Below are positions 23,886 to 35,222 of a stretch of DNA of 64,000 nucleotides, piece by piece. Origin of the DNA: Lytechinus pictus (lineage: Eukaryota); NCBI RefSeq assembly GCF_037042905.1, contig NC_087245.1, forward strand, positions 26,476,001-26,540,000, read 5' to 3'. A program made the translations under genes and the position numbers. The first letter of the stretch is position 1, and each line of letters begins with the position of its first letter. The notes under the pieces were generated by a model that saw nothing but the letters and a program-made list of their open reading frames with translations, ran no database searches and was not told where the DNA came from.

Positions 23886-26800
23886 TAGAGATAGAAAGAT
23901 ATAGAGGGATGTAGATAGATATAGAGATAGGTAGGTAGGTAGATAGATAGATAGAGAGAGGGGGATTGGAGGCAGGGGCGACCACCCCTATTTGAAGTAG
24001 TGAATATAAAAATAAATAGAAGATAAAAGGAAGAGAGGGAAATAAAACTATATTAACAGGTTCGGCTCGTGTAGCTCTATTATATCCTTATTAACCAATT
24101 TAGAGGGACACTACCCCTCTTATAAACAACAACAAAATTTTTTGAAATTCAGACCTCAAAAGGAACATTATCTCGTTTAACTACAATGGGTCATATATTT
24201 ACTCATTTTTTCTAGGGGAAGAAGCTCAGATTCGAACCCCAAACCCTTTATGATCTTGGCTGAACCAGTGGCGTACCGTGGGTCACGGCATGGGGGGGGG
24301 GGGGCACCAGCAAAACTTCGAGTCACTTAGTGAACGCGCGAAGCGCGCTCCGTTGCCAGGTATACTGACCTGATAGAGATATTTTAAGGACAGTGCCATT
24401 AAACGGATAATATCTCACTGATTAAATAATGCGAGCGCGAAGCGCATGCTGAACATTTTTGAAATTTAGACCTAAAAAGGGACATTATAAGCACATTTTT
24501 GTGATCATGATACGTACCTGTCTCGCAAAACAAACAAGGCGAGCGCGAAACGCGAGTTGATTTTTTTTATATATTGACCCCAAACAGGGAAATTTAAAGG
24601 ACTATATAGAAACCATTAAAAGTATACATATCTTACCACAGTCATCTAATGCGAGTGCCAAGCGCTGCCTGGTTTTGTTAGAATTACATCTAAAAACATG
24701 AAGCACTTGTAGTCATTGTAATCATTATTAACATACGCATCTCAATCAAAATATTGCGAGCGCGAAGCGCGAGCTGAAAATTTAGGAAATTCAGACATGA
24801 AGATGTGAATTTTAAGGACTGTTTGTAGGAATTCATGAAGATCATACGTATTTCACTAACCAAATGATTCGAGCGCGAAGCCCGAGCTGAAATTTTTGAA
24901 TATATTGACCCCAAACAGGGATATTTTAAGGACTATTTTTTTAAGGAATCCATTAAGAATATACATATCTCACCATAGTTATCTAATGCGAGTGCCAAGT
25001 GCTTGCTGATTTTGCTAGAAACACATTTAAGCACATGAATCACTTTTTGTAGGCATTGTAATCATGATTAACATACGCATCTCACTAATTAAATATTGCG
25101 AGCGCGAAGCGCGAGCTGAAAGTTTAAGAAATTCAGACATGAAGAGGGGCATTCTAAGGCTTGTTGGTGGGAATCGACTTAAGTATTTCCCTAACCAAAT
25201 GATGCGAGCGCGAAGTGCGAGCTGAGAATATTTGATATTCAAATCAGAAAAATTTACATTTTAAGGACTGATTTTAGGAATTCATGAAGAGCAGATATAT
25301 CTCACCAATTCACTAATGCGAACGTAAGCAAAAAATCAGCCATTTTGAAGCACGTTTGCCAATTTGAGGATCCCCATTGAAAGTACAACAAGACTTTTTA
25401 AACATCCATAATTTGCCTATTTCTTAATCGATTTTGATGAAACTGTTTTTTTTTATTGTTCCTCTCATTTTATCTTTCCAATGAGATTGCTTCTCTTCTT
25501 GGGCTTTGGTTTCCTTTAAAATGGGGCAATCACTTTAAGTAGTCATAAAAAGAAGCATATGCCACTACATAAAAAAAATAATAACTCGAAGTGCGAGGAA
25601 ATATATTTGGTGTATATTGACATGAAAACGAGAGATTTTAGTACAACAGGATTATATATCTCGTTAAACAGACAAATCGAGCACCAGGAACAATGAATAC
25701 ATACGCCCTGAGCAAATTTTGTTTCATAAAATTATGAAAAATTGTTTCATATGTAATATAGCATAACATAATTGAAATATAATATAACATTAAAATGAAG
25801 AATAATTTATTCTTTCCCGCTAAGTTTCTCTTCCTTTCTCCCTCTTTTTCTCCTTTCCCCCGTTTTTTTGCCAGCCGATGGGGGGGGGGGGGGGGGGGGC
25901 ACGTGCCCCCCATGCCCCCTGTAGTTACGCCACTGGGCTGAACCACTATAAAATAAATCGGACTTCAGAGCACTGATTTTGATTTATTCATTTCCGTTCA
26001 ACAAAAGGAGATAAAATCGAAGTAACAATACATATTCAAAATAAAATACAGACAGTTCAATAACATTTGATAACAAATATTGAAGATAAATGGACTGAAC
26101 GGACAACGGAGTGACTGTAAATTATTATGGCAGCCATAACTTGGGAGATGGGAGGGAGCTCCCAAAAAAAAAATCCGAATCACCACATGGATTATGCAAT
26201 GAGTCGGGTGCGTTGCTACGTCAGCACGTGAATTTCCTTTTGTTAGGCATAATTGAAGCCCCAGGACTGTAAAGAATACCATTAAAAGCAGAATGCAAAC
26301 CAAATTGCAACTTCAGTGATTCACCATGTTCACCATATGTTAATTTCCCAAATCCTACTGATCAATTCATGTAAACTGGACTGAGTATTTAAATGGCCCG
26401 ACTCAAAGTTGTCCATCGATTTATCATGTATATAATGTTATAGATTATTGGAGGCTTAAATACGTCTAGTACGTCGAGTGGCGGTTATCATGGTCCAGCA
26501 GAAACAAATTCCTTCCCGACCACGGTGAGTTTATCTTGATTAATAAAGATGCGAATAATACAGACAAGTTGTTGTTTTACCTATCAATGTTCTTTGAGCT
26601 ATATGTAATACAACTGAAGCCTGCAGATATCCGGTACTAAATTGTACTTTGGGTTCATTATGACTCTGGAACTCTGAATGAATGTATGATTGTATTATTT
26701 TTCATGTATATATCCAAAAATATGATTAAGTACATCAAATGTTTCTTTTTATCATGTTAATTATGGAACACCAATTATCAGAAACATTGCTGGATTCACA

Positions 26801-28205
26801 ATGATAGATTCATTAGTTCATTCAATCATTGCGGTTCACTAAAACAAATCCATACGGCAGCCGAGAGACTATAGGATACAGATTAATATCACATAGGCTA
26901 CGAGAATTAGTAATTACAAATCAATATGTAAAATAAAGATGATTTAGGGGCAATAAACTGTAATCATTTAAACTTATACCTATAACACTTGAGGAATTAC
27001 ATCAATATCGAATTAACATATCATTCCAATTCAGTTAGAGTGCAGTAAAGTATATTAGCATGATTAGTTTTAACTTTGGGAGGGGGTGGGGACGGATTCA
27101 AGTATGCATGACAAAATAATAATTTATGCACCGACATAGCAACGGACCTGTCTCATGGTAAATACAATTGAAAGTACTTTGTTTTCGAAACCCCACCCAC
27201 CCCCTTCATATTCAGGGGGTCGGGGAAGCGGGGGCTGAGGGGGGGGGATTCAGAGAGAAAAAAAATGAGGGAGAATACTATACAGAGGAGAAGCATACAG
27301 AGCGAAAAGGCAGGATGGATAAAATCAAACAAAGGAAATTATATTCGCCCATTCTTTTGGAGATTGAAAAATCGTTCCGCGGCCCTTGATCTTTGCGCTT
27401 CCTGCCCTCGATCGTTTATATAAATCAAGTGATTTAAAAACATACAATAATTTGTTTAACCGATCAGGGGTGGGTCTAGCTTTCGCCAGGAGGGCCGGAA
27501 AATATTTTTGTCCACGTTTTCCCGATCGGCTCGAAAATAGCTGTTTATTTGAGAGGGGATCGGGGAAGTCCTAACTTCAGTCTGAAGTTTTAAGTACATC
27601 TTAATTTTTTCTAAGGAATCTCACAAGACCTAAATGAACAATTTAAGCGCGAAGCGCGCGCTCAAATTTTTGAATATATCACGTAGTTATTTAGACCTGA
27701 AAATTGAATATTCTGAGCATTCTTTTTTAATCAAGCGCGAGCAGAAACTTTTTTTAGCATACTGACCTGAAAAAGGACTAAAAAGGAATGTTTGTAGTGA
27801 CTCGTGAAGAGGATACATATCTCACCAATCAATAAGACGAGCAGATCATATTGTCTCAATTGTGGAGATCTGATTTTAATGAATGTTATTGAATAGAATC
27901 GAATTGATATAGTAGGTCTACTTTGCTATCTTATAAAAATTGTTCAAATTATTTACATTATTACATTATTATGTGCAAATTCGGATGGTGATAAAAATAT
28001 AATATATGAAAGTATTATCATGATTATCGATGAATACTAATCCTCAGCGATCTGTTACTTTGAACAAATAATATATACAATGAGTTGACATGTAGGATCC
28101 ACGGTTCTATTCAACTCACCCATCATATCGAACCAGTGGATCGTCTGACCCCGCTCCTGTCCCGTACAGGACCAAGCAAATTACGATGGTCACAGCCACT
28201 CTCAT
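8105..28205 (-). CDS. M14A zinc carboxypeptidase (procarboxypeptidase A/B family), 11 exons, 430 aa; whole-gene span
   Basis: Exons 28120-28205, 23543-23618, 23187-23300, 17379-17480, 15387-15488, 14183-14314, 13046-13156, 11689-11779, 10765-10964, 10218-10302, 8105-8298. Sum 1293 nt, all GT-AG with consistent phases. Signal peptide, activation peptide, IHARE, WRKTR, NRNW, IHSYSQ, LYEASG, LELRD motifs. Confidence 0.93.
9110..10202. mobile_element. Two adjacent degraded Kolobok/T2-like MITEs (~9110-9614 and ~9615-10202)
   Basis: Share the GCTGAAA.TTTCATCAAAAT / ATTTT.ATGAAATT and AAGTTAT/ATAACTT palindromic motifs with the cleaner copies; junction CCCCTTTA-TAGGGG. Confidence 0.55.
10218..10302 (-). 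CDS. Carboxypeptidase exon 10
   Basis: [28 protein letters not shown]; cag| and |gtaag. Confidence 0.9.
10765..10964 (-). CDS. Carboxypeptidase exon 9
   Basis: [26 protein letters not shown]...[17 protein letters not shown]...KQ; cag| and |gttag. Confidence 0.92.
11689..11779 (-). CDS. Carboxypeptidase exon 8
   Basis: [30 protein letters not shown]; tag| and |gtatg. Confidence 0.92.
11958..12549. mobile_element. Kolobok/T2-like MITE with TTAA TSD
   Basis: TTAA-AGGGATGGTCC ... GGACCATCCT-TTAA. Long internal inverted repeats (TCATTAGGTGGGCTGATGATGTCA / TGACATCATCAGCCCACCTAATGA). Confidence 0.8.
13046..13156 (-). CDS. Carboxypeptidase exon 7
   Basis: [37 protein letters not shown]; cag| and |gtaac. 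Confidence 0.92.
13292..13556. mobile_element. Small hAT-type MITE
   Basis: CATGGCCGTA ... TACAGCCATG termini; GTGTCTAA at 13284-13291 and 13557-13564 (8-bp TSD). Confidence 0.6.
14183..14314 (-). CDS. Carboxypeptidase exon 6 (HxxE zinc ligands)
   Basis: [44 protein letters not shown]; tag| and |gtatg. Confidence 0.9.
15387..15488 (-). CDS. Carboxypeptidase exon 5
   Basis: [34 protein letters not shown]; cag| and |gtat. Confidence 0.9.
16862..17335. repeat. Compound trinucleotide microsatellites (AAC/AAT/GAT; CAT/TAC/TAA)
   Basis: Visible runs at 16862-17010 and 17163-17335. Confidence 0.9.
17379..17480 (-). CDS. Carboxypeptidase exon 4 (propeptide/mature junction)
   Basis: [34 protein letters not shown]; tag| and |gtatg. 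Confidence 0.85.
17752..19806. mobile_element. Tc1/mariner-type MITE with long TIRs, interrupted by a hAT-type element
   Basis: TA-CATGGTGTTTC...GTTCAAAGGTCA (17750-17793) mirrors TGACCTTTGAAC...GAAACACCCTG-TA (19767-19808). The arm continues at 18980-19150 and pairs with 19600-19760. Confidence 0.7.
17796..18976. mobile_element. Non-autonomous hAT-type element with internal GCGAGCGCGAAGCGCGAGC repeats (5' tip lost)
   Basis: Homologous to 24266-25935; ends GTAGTTACGCCACTG; ~120-bp internal tandem units. Confidence 0.8.
21190..21531. mobile_element. hAT-type MITE
   Basis: CACTAGCGTACCTA ... TAGGTACGCCACTG with a perfect 8-bp TSD ATTACACC (21182-21189, 21532-21539). Confidence 0.85.
21851..22403. 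mobile_element. Kolobok/T2-like MITE with TTAA TSD
   Basis: TTAA-AGGACACGTCTACCCC ... GGGGTGGACTGGACCT-TTAA; homologous to 46113-46703. Confidence 0.82.
22446..22842 (-). mobile_element. Non-LTR retrotransposon reverse-transcriptase fragment, Rex1/Babar-like
   Basis: [66 protein letters not shown] motifs; truncated at both ends. Confidence 0.88.
23187..23300 (-). CDS. Carboxypeptidase exon 3 (activation peptide)
   Basis: [38 protein letters not shown]; cag| and |gtaag. Confidence 0.88.
23543..23618 (-). CDS. Carboxypeptidase exon 2 (activation peptide)
   Basis: (G)[25 protein letters not shown]; cag| and |gtaag. Confidence 0.88.
23822..23960. repeat. (GA)n / (TAGA)n simple repeat
   Basis: Direct inspection. 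Confidence 0.9.
24266..25935. mobile_element. Complete non-autonomous hAT-type element with internal ~120-bp tandem repeats
   Basis: CAGTGGCGTA ... TACGCCACTG TIRs; perfect 8-bp TSD GGCTGAAC (24258-24265, 25936-25943); repeated GCGAGCGCGAAGCGCGAGCTGAAA motif. Confidence 0.9.
28120..28205 (-). CDS. Carboxypeptidase exon 1 (signal peptide)
   Basis: [30 protein letters not shown]|gtgag. Hydrophobic signal peptide; the phase-2 join gives the typical RYDGYQV start of the pro-domain. Confidence 0.85.
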
Positions 28206-29379
28206 CCCATTCCCTGCCAGTATCATTCTTGTTTGCAGGAAACTCTGTTCCGTCCAGAATGACCAAACGTAAACACCTGAACAAAGGTCCAGAACACACT
28301 GAATAGCCAGAGAGTTTTTACAGCAAAGGTGCAAATATCAGAGTCCTAGTCACTGAGTGCACTCAACTGTAGATTATGGATTCTATTATTCTGGGTGTCT
28401 AGAAAAAAGGGTAACCCATCTGTTATCCTTAATGAGAAAGATATTAAATCAGAGACAAGTTATCAAAATAATAGTCTTTCAATGACATAAAAGCTTTGAG
28501 ATATGGATGATATAGGCCTATACCTAATTGCTGAGGTTTGTTGGATCACCACGGATCGATCCCGCTAAGGATCACTAACACACCAACAAAGTTTACTTTC
28601 TAGAACTATTTTTTACAGTTGGTTCACTTCTACTGCAGATCAAAAAGGTTAAAATATGTGTGATCCAGAAGGGGGGGATGGCCCCTCCCCGCATAGCCTT
28701 CGACACACCCGTGCCCAGAAAAGGTGTCGAAAAGGGTCTCGTTCCATGCAACTAGGCGTCGTCAATGTCTTTTGGAAAAGGGAATTGCCTTTTCAGCACT
28801 ACTTGCCACTTACTGTTTTTCTTCTAGTCATCTCACATTTTGTTGCTAGTTTTGAAATGCAGGTTATGTTATTTTAAGGGATGCAGTTAAACGTTTAAGT
28901 TTTCATGAGGGAATTTGTAAGACTTATCCATTGTTTTACTTGGCCTCTTTGGATTGTGCGTGCATCGATGACTATAAGTAGATGAATATGGAAATCCCTT
29001 TAAGTTAATACCTTACCAATGTGTCCTTCTAGTCACATGTAATCATGATAATGCCTCATAACCATAGACAATGCATTTGTCATAAGAATCATATATTATT
29101 AGTTTTTTTAATACACCCTGTAGTACGATAAAACGACTGTAAAGCTGGATTGCTATGATTGCTTCCTCTGGTTAAGCCCAGGTTAAGACGTTACCTTTAA
29201 CATAGGCCTACAAATGAGTTAACGTTTTAAGCCGATATTTCTAATAATAGCAAAAAATAGGCGCAGTATTTATCATCACCATTCATTTGTTAGTGTAGCA
29301 AAGCGAAAAACATTGCATTTGAATCTCCAAAATAATGGGCCAATTTAAGTCTCTCTCCCTCTCTCCACAGCCTCGTCGC

Positions 29380-29694
29380 TAGGGGCATCGATCCATGTTT
29401 CGGGTGGAAAGGGGGGGGGGGCAAAAATAAAAAAATGTCAAAAAATTTCTGCAAATTAAAATACAGAATATGCGCGCAAAATGCGCCGAAAAAATGAAAA
29501 TTTTGTAGGTTTGATATTTTTATTCCGAGTTTGATGGTTTCATGGTGCTTTGTAATGCTGAAAAACATATATACAAGTATTTGCATTTCTTTTTATGAAT
29601 TTTTTTAAGTTGTCAAAATTATTGGGAGAGGGGGACAAAATATGTTTGAACCCCAATAATTTCATGGGGGTGATCCCCCCGATCGACTCCTCTG
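29380..29694. mobile_element. hAT-type MITE
   Basis: TAGGGGCATCGATC ... GATCGACTCCTCTG; TSD CTCGTCGC/CTCGTCAC (7/8). Confidence 0.65.
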
Positions 29695-32600
29695 CTCGTC
29701 ACCGTCATGATTAACTCCAGGGACCAATTTCATAAAACTTGTTATAATAACAGTTAAAAGCTACGGAAATCCTCCATTCTGACTGGCTGATAGTAAACTG
29801 GTTACTAAAATAATGCATTTGCTATTCTAACAAGTCTTTATGAAATGGGATCATGTTCTTTTCTTTTACACCAGCCCTTATAGGCCAACCGTATTCTCTG
29901 CATCTCAAATCCCTACTCTTTAACTCTCCTTTTACCCCATACTTGAAAGTTGGTTAATTTGCATAAAGATCATCATTAAGCATAGAAAATATACAGAAGA
30001 CATGTGCAAATAAACAAAGATAATTATATGGCATTTTGTTCTAATTTATTATTCTTTGATCACTATGCTCTAATAACAAATTTGCTTGTGAGAAAGTAAA
30101 CACAGAAAGACGAAATATATTGTGAGATAGTAGTTGGACGGATAAATCAATAAGTGCACGTTTTGCTTTAGAAATGTCACATAATTCAAACAGTAAAGCA
30201 GTGTTTAGTACAGAGCTTGCATAAAAGAACAAAAAAGTATAAAAACTCATTGCAATAAAATCCCACACTTGTATGGTTATGTTAATCTTATAATGCAAAT
30301 AGAGGCAAATCTGCATGGGAAAAAAGGGTAATGCTAATACAGTAATTGACATTACTAACATTGTTCAATGATATAAGAAGAAGTAAGGTGGAGTCAGTCT
30401 TAAAAATACGACCCAGGGCCCGAACCTATTAAAGGTGATGGTAGAGGAAGGGACAGGGGAGAGACTATACCATCCCCTATTTCTCATGTGATGAAAGGGG
30501 GTGGGAATAAACTTGTGTGTCAGTACAAATGTACAGCACCCTTGTTTTCCTGATGGAGTGATGTCACTCTGGATGCAACTAGATACAATTAATTTAGAAA
30601 CTAATAAACTTTTACAGAAAAAAAGGAAATGAAGATTCACTTGTGGTTTGTTTTTTGATGGACCCGAACACAATTTTATGATAAACAATGCTAAAAAAGA
30701 CTCTTACTTTCAACTGAAAGGGATCACTCTGTTTTCAGAAATTGTTCTGAAAATTCTATAAGCCATTTACTTTCCAACTTTATACATCCCTGTCCAAAAA
30801 TGTTAATTTCCCAGGATTTCCCTATGTAAATAATAATAATATTTATATTTCTTTTCCAAGAAAATATGAATATCATTCATAAGGCACCATCGGAAGGCAT
30901 TTTGTATGAATTCAATTTGAAAAATATAAATTGTAATGTATACACTTGGTAACATGAATAGCGTGAGTTTCATATCAGAAATTAGCATTAAAATATTAAG
31001 ATATTTTATTTTTTTCAAAAAAAGTACACTATGCAAATGACATATAGAGAGACAATGCCAATTTTTAAAGCCTGAACTTTATCCTGAAATGACATATGAA
31101 TGTAAGTTTTGCATCATCCCATCATATTTGATTTAATTGCCTTTTTTAATTGAATGCATGAAGAGATGAGAGTAAATTTGAGTTTGACCAGTAACTTTGG
31201 TAAACAACACAACAGTCAACTACAGCCCATTGCAAATCAGTATACTATCAGAGTTATAACAAGAACAACATTTTGGTGAGTGTATGGAAATATCAAGTGA
31301 CTAACAAACTCACGCAGGCTTACAAAATAGGATTTGCATTAAGATTAGTTTAGAAAAAGGAGTGATTATTAAATCCAAAGGGTGATTAGGATACTGTGCT
31401 TCTAAAGTAATACATTGATAATACAATATCATACAGTTTGTGCCATCAGGTATTAGTTACAGTATGTGCAGTTGTGGATTTTGATCAAACTGCTGTACAC
31501 AAATAGGCATCTTTCTTTCAATCTTTGACTTTATTTTTCATTCAAATCGCCAGATACATGCACAGATAGACACAACCATGACAGCTTAAAATAGCCTATT
31601 GTGATAATCAATTTGATATATCTATTTGATAAATCATTCAATCGCGTTAAGCTGAACAACTTCAATAATTCATTTTCATATTAGTACATTAGCCTCCAGA
31701 ATGATTTCACTTCTTGTACGATGTTAAAATCCCCACATCTCTCAAATTTTTTATAAACATGTACTAGTATTCAATTTCTTTGCTTTACTAACAAAATAAC
31801 ACTAGAATATACATACACATGACCATACATTATTAGAAATACACATGTACTTATCAGAATCATACAAATGAATCAAAATATCAAGTTCTTAGCATTCTTA
31901 TAATCAAATTCACTCCAACTGATAATGAAAAATTTGAAGAAAAGGTTCATCAAAAACATTATGATCACACATCATGCAGCATACTAAAATCACACACACA
32001 TTATACCTAAATGCTGCATTATAAGCCTGTAGAAGTGTATTCTATAGTAAGCTCAGTAGCAAAGGCTTCATAACATCAATTCAGAATTAGCAGAAACTAG
32101 GCAGAAATATCCAGAATGATGGATTTAAATTTACAATTTCTTTTTTAACAATCTCAATTATGCTTCCAATGAAATCAAATTGTTTTGAATTATTGTTGTT
32201 GGAATGTTGTTTGAATACAGATCATCATTATTCAGAGTACATTCAGAATGCTCTTCATTTGCAGTAAAATGTTTTCTTCTTCCAATGTACATCAAGCTTT
32301 TTTCAAGCAAAACATTAGGTCTGGACCCATGAATTGGTCCGAATATCTGGAATGCATTCACTTGTTTAAAGTACGGTAAAACAAAAGAGAGAATTTAATT
32401 CTGACTGCATTTCTGCTCATTCTTCTTCTCGTGTGAACATTATGGTTAACATAAAACATGCTTGAATATTGTAAAACTAAACATTCCTTAGTAAAATGTA
32501 TAGAAAATATATATTTCAATATCTTGCAAAGCCATACAATGTGCGAAGAATTTTGTTTGGCCACATACAATTAATGATGATATCAATTTCTGTACCAGAT

Positions 32601-34666
32601 CTGTACAAACTCCAATATTTTACAGATATAACAAAGTAAACAAACCACAATTACAGCTTCATTTAGGTGATTAACATGTAGCAACCTCTCTCTATATCAC
32701 AGATCTATTTCAATAAAATATTGTAATAACAATTATCCAAGTATGTTTATATGCATTCATAATTAACAAATAACAATCATTATATGTACATTACTACTTG
32801 CAACTGCTGATGAATATGAAAGTGACTATAGTCATTTATGAATAAAAATATCAAGAGGATAAAGTACAATTGAAAAATACATATTCTCCATACCTGTACA
32901 GAAAATGCCCAAGCAATTATCTCACATCTACATTGAAATATATTTTGTTAATTTCTTTTTACAATAAAGGAGATATTTCTTTACCATATATGTTTCTTAG
33001 TTTCAAGGTGGAAAGAGTGTGAAGTACTTTATTCTATCACACACATAATTAAAGGAATCATTGTTAATTCATAGGCAAACATAGATGTACTTGTTATTTT
33101 AGTTTTGAAGACAAAGCTATATCAAGGTAAAATATATAGATGTAATCTGATATCAAATACTAGTTGTCAACTAGTCAAGGTTTGATAATTAATTATTCTC
33201 ATTCTCTTTCTCTCACTCTCTTTCATTCACCCCCCCCCCCTCTTTCTACCTCTCTCCTCTTCTCTTCTCTTCTCTTCTCCCTCTCAATAAGACAGGATAG
33301 AGAAGAGTCTCTCTGAAATGATCATACATAATAATATATGGTAGCATTTAAAACTACAGATTTCACTTCGAAGATGTCTCTCTCTATATATACATATACA
33401 GGTTGATTTTATCCGTATCTAACCAGGGACGTTAGAGGGAGAACACATCCCTGATCTAACCTACAGTATACTCTTAAATCATCATCAATCACAACTGCAA
33501 CTTCTCAATTTGAATTGCAATTAAAATCTACTTAAAATAGAACCTTGATGATAATCATATCAAACTGAACATGCTATTTTTCCATTTGATTAGTATTAAA
33601 AATCATGCCTGAAATTGCCTTTAAAAATATACACGCATTAACCAATGAACATATATATAATACACTAACTTAGAATCCCCCAACATACTCAGACAGGTTT
33701 ATGATACAGAAATTGCACTCTAAAATTACATGTATACGCTAGATTACATCAGGTCAAAAGGCCTTACATGGTCCTACGATTTTCAGTCAGTACATGTAAG
33801 TCATTACAGTTTCATTAACATACAAAAATAACTTGGACATAGTAAAAATATATATGTATACCCTCATGTTAATGTTGAGGAGGTTTATGGTTCTTGTGTA
33901 GTTAGTACTGGGAAGCACTATGGCAGAATAAAAATATCAAATGAGAAATGAAAAAAAAGCAATGGAGTGGAATTTGAGAGACACAAAAGAGAAAAAGAGG
34001 GGGGGAGAGAGAATTACTTTGTGAGATTGGGTAAAGCCCTTGAAAGAACTGTAGGCTAGATGACAGCTAAAAGCAGATGAAGAGGTGATGAGATGATGAG
34101 GCTTGACACTCCAATAAGCTTGACATTGAGGGAATTTATTCCACCATCCTTTTCAGTACCCAACACAAGGTGAGCCATAAAACCTCCCCATATGTTATCC
34201 ATACCATCATCAAATCCTTTAAAGATCACCTCCCTCTCAGATTCTTTGACATTGGGAAGTTGTTTGACATCTTCCGGAAGACAGACTCAATAATTCTGCA
34301 AGCCTGCAACGAACCAAGTCTAAGAAGATGGGAATGAAATATTGTCACCATCTGTGATAGTAGGCATATACACTATCTTCATAAGATATGAAAATGCTAT
34401 TAAATTAAGGACCAATTTGCCAAGACCAAAAAAAAATTATGTCAGATAAAATAAAAACTAAGGGAAGTGTTCTCTGACATACTTGCCTTTATCACAATTT
34501 GCATACCGTGCAGGCAACTATTCACTTCTCTTTAAATGCATGTGTTGCTCACGAACAATGTTTCTTGTCTTGATATTCAGCTTTTTTTGTCTAGACATTT
34601 ACATCAGCTATTGAGCAGGTAACATTCACACATGAATAAGATCGATAGCAATCCTGTAATAATCAG

Positions 34667-35222
34667 TTACCAGATGAACTCTCCAGTTTTCAAGATCTCC
34701 TCAATCTCTTCAGCCAGTTCTTGCGTGACTTGATTATCCCTTACGAAGTTGATCGAGGTTAAGACACTGTTATCCTTCACCAGCTGCAGAAGGGCACGGG
34801 CGCTCTCATCGGTGATACCATTCCCTTCCAGATTCAGCTCACAAAGCGTGGGATGGTCACGTATCGCCTCAATGATCTCCCTGCAACCGCTGTCTCCCAG
34901 ACTTGCATACTCTATACTGAGAGTTGACAGGCTCTTGTTGCATCTGAGGCCAGCGGCAAGGGCCTTGCAACCGGACCGTCCCAGGGAGTTGTCACTGAGG
35001 TTGACGTTGGTGATGTTTGTGGGTAGTTTGAGGAAGTCTGCGACATCCACAATTCCCTTATTAGTGATCTTGGTGTCTCCTAGGTCTAGGTGTGTCAATT
35101 TTATCCCTGTCTTAGGTTGTTCCTCTGCATCTTCTGTTGCCTCAGGGATCTGATGGTGTAGGGTTATCAAGGATCGCATGATGGCTGATATACCTTTGTC
35201 CTCTAGTGGATTAGCGCGGAGT
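34667..35222 (-). CDS. LRR (RNI-like, LRRC73-like) terminal exon
   Basis: cctcag|A CTC; repeats LDLGDTKI, VNLSDNSL, LSIEYASL, LNLEGNGI; TAA stop at 34667-34669. Confidence 0.9.
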
